Positions 10,932-20,572 are shown, counted from the stretch's first letter. The stretch: 64,000 bases of DNA from Armatimonadota bacterium (GCA_041690135.1 JAWLHY010000012.1:64001-128000), one strand, 5' to 3'. Numbers and translations are program-made. The notes: generated by a model from the letters alone, not told the origin.

Positions 10932-11318
10932 TCAGTACGGCTCCGATTGCCGGACCCACCCCCCGATGACGGCGCACACCATCAGGGCGGCGTTGTGGAT
11001 CACCAGCGCAAAGCCGGTCATCGCCGCCACGGCCGCGGCCACCGCGCCGAGCACCGGCGCCTGCGTCAAGCCCGACGCAATCACGCCCACGCCGAGAATC
11101 AGCACCGACAGCAGGACCGCCGGCAGCAGCGACGCCAGGAAGGCGCGCCCCGGCGTTCCGGCCCGGCGTCCGCCGATATAGCCGCCCACGCACGGCCCGA
11201 TGAACGGACCGACCACGGGGATCCACCACAGGAACAGCGTGAGCAGGAACGACAGCCCGAACATCCAGAGCATCGCACCGGCTACGCTGGATTGGCCTTC
11301 GAGAACTCGCTTTTGCAT
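10932..11318 (-). CDS. Small membrane protein
   Basis: Four hydrophobic segments and IPVVGPFIGPCVGGYIGG. Confidence 0.7.
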   Translation of the reverse strand: MQKRVLEGQSSVAGAMLWMFGLSFLLTLFLWWIPVVGPFIGPCVGGYIGGRRAGTPGRAFLASLLPAVLLSVLILGVGVIASGLTQAPVLGAVAAAVAAMTGFALVIHNAALMVCAVIGGWVRQSEPY

Positions 11319-11578
11319 TTGGGTTTCCCTCTCCGTAACTTACAACGGTGGAGGGAGGCCCAGGTTACGCAGAAAGGAACGCGAACGCCGGAGGAGCTCG
11401 GACGTCCCGTCCGCCAGGAGGGGTAAGGTATGCGGGTGTTCGGGTGGTCAGGTGTTCGCGCCACCCCCGGTGGGTAGGCATCCGGACCCCGGTGGGACCG
11501 CCCGTAGAGGAACAAAGCGTGCCCTCGTCGAACTTCAGCCCAGCGACTATCCATGCCACGCTTCCTTCCGACCTTCTC

Positions 11579-11947
11579 ATGGCTTCCCGACGCACCACGC
11601 TCCTCTCTCCCCCGGATCCCGGCCAGCTCGTTGAGGTGCGCCAGCGCCGCTTCGTCGTCACCGAGGTGGAGAAGTCCGTCCTGCCGCCGCACCCTGCCTA
11701 CGACGGAAGTGAACGAGCCCATTTTCCCGTGCCACTCTCCACAACGGGTCTGGTCCACGGCCTCAACGAAACCAAGCAGGGGGTCCGCTATACCCTCAAC
11801 GAGACCGCCCGGCGAGACGTCCTGGGCCGGCTCCTGAAGCTGAACCGCGAGCGCTACGCGGAAGAGGTCGCCCAGGGGCTGCACTCCAAACAGAAAACAG
11901 GAGGCAGAAGGCAGAAGGCTCAAAACTTGGAGGAGAGCCGGGGCTGA
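11579..11947 (+). pseudogene. Chimeric remnant: DISARM DrmD-like SNF2 helicase N-terminus fused to DrmMI/type IIG methyltransferase C-terminus
   Basis: PDPGQLVEVRQRRFVVTEV matches the DrmD start as I recall it. LVHGLNETKQGVRYTLNETARRDVLGRLLKLNRERYAEEVAQGLH matches the C-terminal tail of DrmMI-like N6-MTases. All catalytic cores are absent. Confidence 0.7.
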
Positions 11948-12055
11948 CCTCCGTGCGCCGGAAGCTGTTCGATGGGCAACTCTCGTTGGGAGAGGCGCTG
12001 GAGTAGCAACCGGTTAAAATCCCTCTCGGGCGGCTCGGGCCGCTGTCGAGGCTGA

Positions 12056-12364
12056 ATGATGCGGATTCAATCAATCTACGCCCACAACTTCAAGTCGCTG
12101 GTCGATTTCAACCTGGAACTGGCCCAGTTCACCTGCCTCATCGGCCTCAACGGCGCGGGAAAGTCGACGGTGCTCCAGTTGGTGGATTTCCTCGCTCAGC
12201 AGGCGCGGGGGGACTTGAAGGGTTGGCTTGCCGAACGAGGCTGGAAAGCGGCGGACCTGAACTCGCGGCTTACTCCATCTGCCTGGACCCCAATCTGGGG
12301 CAAGCAAGTGAACAGCGGCCAGGTACGCAATTCCCTGGCCGCTGTCGTTCGGAAGTACCCCTAA
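12056..12364 (+). pseudogene. Truncated AAA_21/AAA_15-type ABC ATPase (N-terminal fragment)
   Basis: MRIQSIYAHNFKSL and Walker A GLNGAGKST. The ORF ends at 102 aa with no signature or Walker B motif. Confidence 0.8.
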
Positions 12365-12675
12365 ATATCATGAATTAGAGTACTGTCCGAACAATCGACG
12401 AGCTCTGGTTCAGGCGGCTCTGGACCACCCGGATCCAGGATCTGTCGGAGCGCCCACATTAGCCTGTCGGGTTGCACCTTCTGGATGCCAGCCGGAATAA
12501 GTTCACCCTTCTCCAGTTCGCAAATGCGTCCGGAGTGCAGATCTACCTGTAAGCGATTCGCCAGTGCTAAAGCCAGCTGTTGCTGTGACATCCGGCTAGC
12601 AAGACGCTTTTCGGTCATCCAACGACCAAACGCCGTAGGTCTTTCCCTGTCGGCGTGCGGAGCAACTCTTGGCAT
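12361..12675 (-). CDS. XRE-like helix-turn-helix protein
   Basis: FGRWMTEKRLASRMSQQQLA...RICELEKG pattern. Confidence 0.7.
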   Translation of the reverse strand: MPRVAPHADRERPTAFGRWMTEKRLASRMSQQQLALALANRLQVDLHSGRICELEKGELIPAGIQKVQPDRLMWALRQILDPGGPEPPEPELVDCSDSTLIHDI

Positions 12676-13199
12676 ATTATGCCTCCTACTTAAGACAGTA
12701 AGCAGGACAGCGTGCCGCTTGCCTCGAACGTCGCTACATGATACGATCGAGCGGCGATCAAGACGGGCGGTACCTGCCTCGATTCAGATTCACCTAATGA
12801 AGATCGCCTCATCCCGAACCCTAGGTTGCCAACCACACTCGGGATTGCTTCTTATACGCTCCACCGTGCGGCGATCCGTTCACGGTGGAGCTTTTTCGTC
12901 TGCCCATGTTTGCTTGTTCCCAGTTCTCTCGGCGATTCTATATCATGGGCGGATAATAGCGTCAAGGCTTGTTCGCGGTAACTACGCTCTTGTTCGAGAA
13001 TTTGGCTCGAAGGATACCCCTTCTTCGCAGAAGCCACCTCGTACGCACGGCGCAGCTAGCTCATTCTGTTACAGTTCGCCGCAATATCCGCGAACAGAAT
13101 TCCCGGCCCTGGCCACGTCGCGAAGATTTCATGCTAGTTCGCTTGGACATGACAGGAGTTCTTGGCTATACTCGATTTGGCAGGAACTTGGAGGACGGC

Positions 13200-14009
13200 A
13201 TGTCGGACACCAACGAACTCAAAGCGAAGAAGCATACAGCAGCTCGCGGCTACCCAGGAATTGATCTCGAGAAAGCTATCGAATTGGCTCGGTTGCTGTA
13301 TGAGCGAGAACGGCGGCAACCAACTCCTGTGGAGGTGGTCATTGAACAACACTGGGGTATGTCTTCAACCAGTAGTACGGCACGCCTCAGCTTGGCAGCT
13401 TTGAAGAAATTTGGTCTGTTGGAATCCGAAGGTGCCGAGGTGCATCTAACAGATCGAGCACTTGATGTCTTGAATCCAAATCCCGACGACCCCAAGAGGT
13501 CCCAAGAGGCACTTCGTGCTGCCGCACTCGATCCCCCACTTCATCGAGAACTGTGGGAGAAACACCGCGGTAAGACGGAACAAAGCATTTCCTGGTATTT
13601 GGATCGCCAGCGCAACTTCAGTCCGGCTGCAATCAAGGAGGCACTTCGAAACTATCAACGAAGCCTCGCGTTCGCTGGTCTGAGTGGTGATGATATCAAC
13701 CGATCGCCGGAGGCGGATCCCGACTCACAAGAGTCGCAGCGCACAGCAATTGGCTTACCGGATTCGCCTGTCGGCATCGGAGGACACCAGTATCATGCTA
13801 GCGGCTTAGGTGCAATTGCGTATGGAAGTACCTACGGAGCACCTCCGCCTGATCAAGGAGGGGCACCTCCGATAGTACTTACACTACCCACCACCCAAGG
13901 GAAGGCCGTTGAGATTCGCTTCCCGTTCAGAGTCTCCAAGAGAGAGTTCGATCGGCTTCGAACGATGTTCGAACTCTCTGAACCGGCCTTCGTCGACGAA
14001 GACGCTTGA
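13200..14009 (+). CDS. Conserved hypothetical protein, probable winged-helix fold
   Basis: GGAGG SD before ATG at 13200. YPGIDLEKAIELAR...WGMSSTSSTARLSLAALKKFGLLE...HLTDRALDVL resembles a family I recall from accessory islands. AT-richer codon usage. Confidence 0.7.
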   Translation: MSDTNELKAKKHTAARGYPGIDLEKAIELARLLYERERRQPTPVEVVIEQHWGMSSTSSTARLSLAALKKFGLLESEGAEVHLTDRALDVLNPNPDDPKRSQEALRAAALDPPLHRELWEKHRGKTEQSISWYLDRQRNFSPAAIKEALRNYQRSLAFAGLSGDDINRSPEADPDSQESQRTAIGLPDSPVGIGGHQYHASGLGAIAYGSTYGAPPPDQGGAPPIVLTLPTTQGKAVEIRFPFRVSKREFDRLRTMFELSEPAFVDEDA

Positions 14010-14634
14010 TGGACCAAGCACTGTATATTTGCAGGGCAGCGTGGACGACTAAGTTCCGGGGCGGGACGATGTCACCGAAGGCAACAGGACGCTTCGGAGT
14101 TGGAAAGCCAAATGGCCCCACTACTATACGGGCCCTAGAACCCGAGTTCGTGGACGGCTCGGCAACGGCGTGTCCCCGGACCCGCTGCTGGAAGCCCTCG
14201 GCCCTCGGGTGTTCGCTGCTACTCTGCGCAACATCGAGAAGGAGAGCGGGGCCACGGATTCCCGTCGAGCCTATCTCCAGCAGCCGGAGGTAGGGTTTTC
14301 CTCAAAAGGAGCCATAAGGGAGACCTGGCGGTTAGAACAGGCTTATGCGCTTCATGGGAAACGTCGACCGGCCAAACTGAGCAAGCTCGACTGGCCGGAA
14401 GTTCCGGTCGGCTAACGCGGGAAGTAGGTGGCGCCCACTGTAGCGTCGAGGGATTCCGGCCGATACCGGGTAAGATACTGAAAACACGCAACGAACACGG
14501 CTTTCAGAGAAGGGTGGGGGACCGACTTCGTATTCCTGAGTGGTTGGCCCTTCTGTCGCAGGCCGTTTCAGTTTTGGTAAGAGTCGTGATCCAGCCCAGG
14601 AAGGGCGCTCGGAGAACGGGTGTGGGAGAAGAGC

Positions 14635-15603
14635 ATGGCGAAGAAAGTAGTGGGCATTGTCAATCTCCGCTGCCCCGCCGGAAAGGCCACGACCGCGCCC
14701 CCCGTGGGCCCGGCGCTCGGTCAGTATGGTGTCAACATCTCGGAGTTTGTCAAGACGTACAACGAGCGCACCGCCGCTCAGACGGGCACCATTGTCCCGG
14801 TCGAGATCACCATCTTCGAAGACCGGACCTTCTCCTTTGTCACCAAGACCCCAACCGTTTCGGATCTCATAAAAAAGGCCGCGGGCGTGCCCTACGGTTC
14901 GAGCGTCCACCGCATGGTGATGGTCGCCAAGGTCAACCGGGACCGGCGTTCAGATTCCCACCCTCGACGGGAAGCACGTCTAATATTAGATCGGCAAAGC
15001 AATCAGCACCTGCCCGGCCCACAGTCGCCCGCAACACCTAAACGAGCTAACTTTCCCAAAAGTGCGTCGGACAAGTCCCACAGTCCTATCTCCGATCGGA
15101 TCATTTCAGTACTCGCCAAGTCTCACCGAGGCCGGACGGTTTCCGAGATAAGCATCCTTATGGGCGCGGCTCCGGACGAGGTTTCACCCGCGCTGACTCA
15201 ACTCGCATTGGAAGGGCGGGTGGCGGTCCGCCAGTCCCGGTATTTCCTGCTGGTCTCTCCCCCAGCCCCGGTACACGAACCGGAGGCCGGAACATCCGCT
15301 GAGGTCGAACCGGCGGTGACGGGTACACTGGTGCAACAGTACCGGGGATGGATCGATCTCATCGAAGAAGATACGGCTTACCTCACCCTGGAAGATGATG
15401 CGGGCCACGTCGTCGACGCGGAGTACGCTTCCGCCCCACTCCTGGAGAGGGGTTTTACTGCGGGAGATCGTTTGGTCTGTGAGTTCTTCCGTACCCCGTC
15501 CGGCATACAGATGCGCTTTAATCCGCAACCTCGGCGGGAGTTGACCGAAGAGGAACTGGACGAGCTGAAAGCGAAATGGGAGCGGGTAGCCGACGCGTTT
15601 TAG
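14635..15603 (+). CDS. Chimeric protein: ribosomal protein L11 (RplK) residues ~1-103 + linker + winged HTH + DUF3006-like C-terminal domain
   Basis: [72 protein letters not shown] is unmistakable L11. It is followed by [38 protein letters not shown] (wHTH) and [28 protein letters not shown]. One uninterrupted 322-aa ORF. Confidence 0.85.
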   Translation: MAKKVVGIVNLRCPAGKATTAPPVGPALGQYGVNISEFVKTYNERTAAQTGTIVPVEITIFEDRTFSFVTKTPTVSDLIKKAAGVPYGSSVHRMVMVAKVNRDRRSDSHPRREARLILDRQSNQHLPGPQSPATPKRANFPKSASDKSHSPISDRIISVLAKSHRGRTVSEISILMGAAPDEVSPALTQLALEGRVAVRQSRYFLLVSPPAPVHEPEAGTSAEVEPAVTGTLVQQYRGWIDLIEEDTAYLTLEDDAGHVVDAEYASAPLLERGFTAGDRLVCEFFRTPSGIQMRFNPQPRRELTEEELDELKAKWERVADAF

Positions 15604-15720
15604 CTCACTCTGTGGATTGCGCTATGCCGTCCGGCGCCACCTAGGGCCAATCGGGTCCTCGCGCCCCTCTCTTCTTTCCCGCGGTTCCGGCCGCCGCGTG
15701 CCGTTCTCATTCCATTTCTC

Positions 15721-16869
15721 TTGATGCTGGGTCTCCATGTCCTCAACGCCGGCAAAGGCGAAAGCGTGGTGCTGGAATTGCCGGGCCACCGCTGGGGGGT
15801 CGTCGATTGCTACGCCCCCACTCCCGATGATCCGGAAACGAATCCCACTACCCGCTTTCTGTCGGAGCGCGGGGTTGGTGAGCTCGAATTCCTCTGCCTC
15901 ACCCACCCTCACGACGATCACTACCGGGGAATGAGTGATCTCATTCGCCGGTTCCCCCCCAAACAGTTCTGGCGCTCGGCGGCCATGACTCCCCCGCATC
16001 TCTATGGCTACTGTCTCGATGCGCTGGGGTCGTGCGGCGACGCGCGGTACGCGCAGCAGAGTGCCACGGACTATTGGAAGCTGCTGGATCACGTCAGAAC
16101 CCTGCGCGCTTCCGGCCTGGAGGAACGGCCTGTCTGTGGCCCGATGCCGCTTTACCCCCCGCAGGTTTCCATTACCCCATCCGCCGCCCCTGCAGAGGTC
16201 AGTATTTGGGCTGTGGGGCCTCCGCCTGGGCAAGTGGGACTGTACCAGGATGGGCTCGCTCGGTGTTTTGACGCTCAGGGGCGGGTGCGTTTCGATAGAT
16301 CGCAGCCCAACCCGAACAACGTGTCGGTTGCGCTCTTGGTGATCTATGGCGAAACCCGGATTCTTCTTGGCGGTGACCTTGAGCAAGAGGGCTGGTCGGA
16401 AGTCCTCACCAACCTGCGCGATCCCGCCGAGGAGCTTCCTTCCCATGTGGTGAAGGTCAGCCACCACGGCTCCTCCAACGGCTATTGTGACGGTCTTTGG
16501 ACCATCCTGGCGGGGCGTGGGAAGCCGGTTTCCGTCATCACTCCTTACTGGAAGTCCAAGCTGCCGAGCCGCGAAGGGCTTGAAGAAATCAGGCGTCATT
16601 CGCGCCGGGTGTTCACCACCTGCGGCCCCGCGATCCGCGAAGAGGCGCAGACGTTCGCGTTCTGGCAGGGGTTTCCACGGGATGTTGATTTCTTCATCCG
16701 AAACCAGTTCGGCGCGTTTCGGCAGCGCGGGAGCTGGCCTTCCGGCATCGTTTCCCTTCAGTTCGACAGCCACGGCCGCTGTGTCGCGGAAAACTGCACC
16801 GGGGCGGCCGCCGTGATGTACGACGACCACGCTCCCCCGCCGGAGGCTCCCGCCGGTCACGAAGCATAA
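15721..16869 (+). CDS. ComEC/Rec2-type metallo-beta-lactamase-fold hydrolase (putative nuclease), soluble
   Basis: LNAGKGES, THPHDDHYRG, NNVSV, GGDLE and KVSHHGS motifs. No TM segments or signal peptide. Confidence 0.9.
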   Translation: MMLGLHVLNAGKGESVVLELPGHRWGVVDCYAPTPDDPETNPTTRFLSERGVGELEFLCLTHPHDDHYRGMSDLIRRFPPKQFWRSAAMTPPHLYGYCLDALGSCGDARYAQQSATDYWKLLDHVRTLRASGLEERPVCGPMPLYPPQVSITPSAAPAEVSIWAVGPPPGQVGLYQDGLARCFDAQGRVRFDRSQPNPNNVSVALLVIYGETRILLGGDLEQEGWSEVLTNLRDPAEELPSHVVKVSHHGSSNGYCDGLWTILAGRGKPVSVITPYWKSKLPSREGLEEIRRHSRRVFTTCGPAIREEAQTFAFWQGFPRDVDFFIRNQFGAFRQRGSWPSGIVSLQFDSHGRCVAENCTGAAAVMYDDHAPPPEAPAGHEA

Positions 16870-17241
16870 GCGAACGAGATCTCCCCTGCGCATATCAAGA
16901 TCATCTACGGCAATCGAAAGCATGTGGCGCTGATTGTTCTTGTCAACCACCGGTTGATGCCGCTGCTGGAGAAACCGGATGAGGCGATCCCGGATCGCAC
17001 GACCCTCATGGTACTGCAGATCGCTGGCGAGGCGCCGAAGCGACGGGCGCCTTAAGTTCGCCACGCATAAGAGTCTCACCCTCAGTCCATACATTCTTTG
17101 TGATTCATAAATGGGAGGTAAGTCGGAGGCTTCTGGCAAACTCACATTTGGATGCTTGTTTGACGAGCTATCGTGATGTCTTGGCGCACGTAGAAGCACG
17201 TGCCTCCGGAGACTTCCAGCGGCCTACCTTGGGAGAGCCAA

Positions 17242-19212
17242 ATGGCGAATACGTCGGTTGAGATCTCAGAAACAGCCCACCCGGCTGCGAAGGGGGTGCG
17301 AGAGCCACTGCCGCGTTTCAGTCTGTTCCAGTTGACGCTCCCATATGCCAGGGAGGTGCTGTTTAAGAGTCGCGGCTCACTCGTTGCCCTGGTTCTGCTG
17401 GGCCTGGTTGCGGGGGTGTTTCCCGCAATAAAGAGTCAGGTGGAGTCGGCGCTGATAAGGCAAGTGGACGCAGTGCTCTCCGGTCGCATCGATCAATCCA
17501 CGCTCCAGAACGGCGGAGTGCTCGCCCTCCCGTTGAGCCCTCCCGCTCCACTACGCGACGTGGATAGTGCGGACCTGCCGGCTAGATTCACTACCTTGCT
17601 CGTCCAGTACACCACCATCGGCATGGCACCCGTGCTCTTTATGATCCTTGCGCTGGTTACTGCGACTCTGGCCTACTTGTCCACGGTTCTCCAGACCCGA
17701 ATCACGCAGGGATTCTATCAAACGCTCCGCCGGTCCGCGATGGAGAAGGCCCTTAACGCAGACCCCAGTCGGGTCCCATCGGTCACCAACGCAGCAGGTC
17801 AGTATGCTACCGCCATCCAGCAAGGTGCCACCAGTATCGGTGCCTCTTACGGTTACCTGATCGATGTGAGCCAGTACTTGCTGGCTCTCGCTACCACGCT
17901 CCTGCTGATCGGCTCCAAGAGTATTCCTTTTGCCGTAAGCTGTTTGGTTCTCGCCGCGGGGCAGGTAGGTGTAAGCATTTTTCGCGCTCGGCGGCTTGAG
18001 CACGCCCGCAAGACGTTGGACACACAGAGAAATGACCTTGTAGCACGCACCGATGACATCCTCTCCCGACGTGAACTGATCCTTGCCTACGATCAGCAAG
18101 AACGCTACGCAAGTAAACTCCAGGAGTTCACCGGTAAGTACGCGGACATCCAGCGGCGAATCGACATTCAGGAGTCCCTGTACTCCGGCCTGGCGGATCT
18201 GGTCACGGATACCGGTAAGATCGGGATCCTTATCACCACGCTGGTGATTGCGGGGACAGTCGGAGCGACGTCAATCAACAATATCGGCGATGCCTACTTC
18301 CTAATCAGCATCTATGTGCGGATCTTCGTCCCCATCTCAAACCTGCTGAACCGCTACGACCGCATCAAAGAGTCGGAGGCCGTCTCTCGCACGTTTCTTC
18401 AGGTACTTCAGTCCCACGGCGATGCACCGGAGCCTGCCCCTCAACCAGTGCACCCGATCGCGGATGATGTGGCCATCGCCTTTCATGAGGTCAGATTCAA
18501 GTACGACTCCACCACGAGTCCGCCCACAGAACACTGGATCCTCAACGGGTGCACCTTCACTGTGCCCAGAGGTGGGATGACGTTGCTTGTCGGCCCCTCG
18601 GGAAGTGGCAAGACCACCATCGCCCGCCTGCTGCTCGGGTTCTGGCCAATCACTTGTGGTGAAGCAACCGTCCTCGGGAAGAGCCTCGCGGATTGGCAGG
18701 GGGAAAACCTCCGCAACCGTCTCGACTATGTCCCGCAGAATGAGCACCTGGTGGATGAGACGGTTCGTGAGAACCTGACCTGGGGGGAAAAGTGCGACGA
18801 TGTTGAGCTCCTCCAGGTGCTGCAGCAGGTCGGCCTCGACAAGTCAGGAATACTGGATAAGCAGGCGAAGACCCTGTCTGGGGGCGAGCAGCAGCGCTTG
18901 TCCGTTGCCCGGATGTTGCTCGGTAAGTCCGAGATCGCTATTCTCGATGAGCCGTTGGCGGGGGTGGATGTCTTCACCTTGCGCGATGTCATGCCGCACG
19001 TTGTCAAGAAGCTCGAGTCTCCTGATCAGACCTTCCTGATGATCAGTCATCGGGTGAGTTTTGCGCGCCATGCCGCTCACGTTATCGTGCTGAACGATGA
19101 GGGAGCCGTAACCGAGGAAGGGAGTCCAGAGGAACTGCTGGGACGGAATGGCGCGTTTGCGCGTGCTTATCAGGCATCCCAAGAAGAGTTGGGTGTTTGG
19201 AAGGCCGTATAA
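17242..19212 (+). CDS. ABC transporter, fused TMD-NBD (exporter type)
   Basis: N-terminal TM helices, GPSGSGKT, LSGGEQQR, ILDEP and ISHR. Alternative GTG start at 17200. Confidence 0.9.
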   Translation: MANTSVEISETAHPAAKGVREPLPRFSLFQLTLPYAREVLFKSRGSLVALVLLGLVAGVFPAIKSQVESALIRQVDAVLSGRIDQSTLQNGGVLALPLSPPAPLRDVDSADLPARFTTLLVQYTTIGMAPVLFMILALVTATLAYLSTVLQTRITQGFYQTLRRSAMEKALNADPSRVPSVTNAAGQYATAIQQGATSIGASYGYLIDVSQYLLALATTLLLIGSKSIPFAVSCLVLAAGQVGVSIFRARRLEHARKTLDTQRNDLVARTDDILSRRELILAYDQQERYASKLQEFTGKYADIQRRIDIQESLYSGLADLVTDTGKIGILITTLVIAGTVGATSINNIGDAYFLISIYVRIFVPISNLLNRYDRIKESEAVSRTFLQVLQSHGDAPEPAPQPVHPIADDVAIAFHEVRFKYDSTTSPPTEHWILNGCTFTVPRGGMTLLVGPSGSGKTTIARLLLGFWPITCGEATVLGKSLADWQGENLRNRLDYVPQNEHLVDETVRENLTWGEKCDDVELLQVLQQVGLDKSGILDKQAKTLSGGEQQRLSVARMLLGKSEIAILDEPLAGVDVFTLRDVMPHVVKKLESPDQTFLMISHRVSFARHAAHVIVLNDEGAVTEEGSPEELLGRNGAFARAYQASQEELGVWKAV

Positions 19213-19829
19213 GGCTGCTCGAGAGGGGAGGGGGAAATGGCCGGTCAAAGACATGGTGGAGACCCGCAGGCGCGACTATTCCTGAAGTGGCGCACGATAC
19301 CGAGCGACCTCCAGCCACCCATTCGCTAGCCCCTTATGTGATTCTTGGGGCGCTGGCCTGCAGTCTCGACAAGCGGGTACTACCCCTGCTAACTTCATCA
19401 ACCCCGTTCCATGGGCCGTATGCGTTTCCGCTTGACGAGGATCTCGCGCAGATGGAGTTCTACGGTGCCGTCGAACGGGTCGAGCATCCGCCATATGGCC
19501 CCCGTTATCGGACCACATCGGGGACGGAGACGCTGATTGAGAAGTATGGAGACGGGCTGGACCAGTGGCAACAACAGTTGCACTTCGTTGCGAATCGAGT
19601 CTCCACGAAGACCGTCCGGGAGTTGGAAGCGCTCTGCACCTTGATCTATGTTGCCACCGATGAGGCGAGCGGGATGCGGGATACGGAGAGTTGGGTCGCC
19701 CAGGTGCGGGCACTCAAGCCGCATCTTACGGATGCCGACCTTGCGCGCGCCCTGGACGAATACTTGGCCCTGACCAGGGACGCGCAGCACCTCACATCGC
19801 CGGCCTATGGGGTTGGGGGAGCTAACTGA
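19197..19829 (+). CDS. YwgA/Panacea(DUF4065)-like protein, N-terminus possibly lost (start uncertain)
   Basis: HGPYAFPLDEDL..YGPRY..ELEALCTLIYV..VRALKPH pattern. The usual N-terminal QKLxY motif was not found. Confidence 0.5.
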   Translation: MEGRIRLLERGGGNGRSKTWWRPAGATIPEVAHDTERPPATHSLAPYVILGALACSLDKRVLPLLTSSTPFHGPYAFPLDEDLAQMEFYGAVERVEHPPYGPRYRTTSGTETLIEKYGDGLDQWQQQLHFVANRVSTKTVRELEALCTLIYVATDEASGMRDTESWVAQVRALKPHLTDADLARALDEYLALTRDAQHLTSPAYGVGGAN

Positions 19830-20185
19830 GCAAATTTGACCTGGTCTTGCGCCGGGTTAACTCCGTCGGGGTTTCGCCCTGCAGTAACCTCGGGCTTGTA
19901 GTCCGAGGCGGGCACCGGTGACATGCGTCCGGCCGGTCTCCTGGAACTGTGTCGGAATACTCCACCTCGGACTGTCCTGCCGACGCGGTTTTGTGTCCGT
20001 ACGGACACCCCGGAGGGATAGGGAGCGCCAGAATTCCCGTATGAGGGGCGCGAACTTGCCCATTTGGGATTTCATCCCGTCGCGGGTCGTGCACAATCGG
20101 ATTGCCTTGCTGGCTCTATGCCCCGTGGGATGTAACACTTAATCACCTGTCAAGCATACTTTCATATCTTGTATTGGAGTGGCGG

Positions 20186-20572
20186 ATGAGTGAACTAGGG
20201 GACACGGGCGAAGGCGGGATTCTCGCAGCGGAGACTCCTTCTGCTCATCGGCTGCGCCGGATGCTGGAGGACGCTGTCGTCCACGACCTCCTCGGCCCGG
20301 CGAACGGACCGGAAGAGGAGTTCGACGAGTTCCACGTCAGCGAGCGCTACCTGGCCGGGATGCTGGCACCGCGCAAGCAGCGGGTCGGTGCGGAGCTTCT
20401 CGACGCGCTGGAGGTATCCGACGAAGCTCCCGAGGACGGCCCCGCCGAGACTTCCACGCGCCAAATGGAGCTCGGTGTCCTCATCCGCGGCGGCGAGCTC
20501 CCGCGCCAGGTCGCCCGCCACTTCCACGCCCTCCTCCAAGTCGGCGCCCTCTGCCGCCTGAATCCCAACTGA
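20186..20572 (+). pseudogene. Chimeric remnant: DISARM DrmA helicase N-terminus fused to DrmC (PLD) C-terminus
   Basis: DLLGPANGPEEE..VSERYLAGMLAP resembles the DrmA start. MELGVLIRGGELPRQVARHFHALLQVGAL resembles the DrmC tail. The junction is at about 20460. Confidence 0.7.

Noticed and set aside
14170-14415. 81-aa ORF upstream of the L11 chimera
   Set aside because: No recognisable motif or clear SD, so I cannot support it as a gene, although it could be a fragment.
14635-14943. Housekeeping rplK gene
   Set aside because: It lacks the last ~40 aa of L11, continues into unrelated domains and has no nusG/rplA context.
15622-17199. 525-aa minus-strand ORF in the island
   Set aside because: Mostly an antisense shadow of the MBL gene. 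The remaining 16870-17199 part gave no recognisable domain on either strand.
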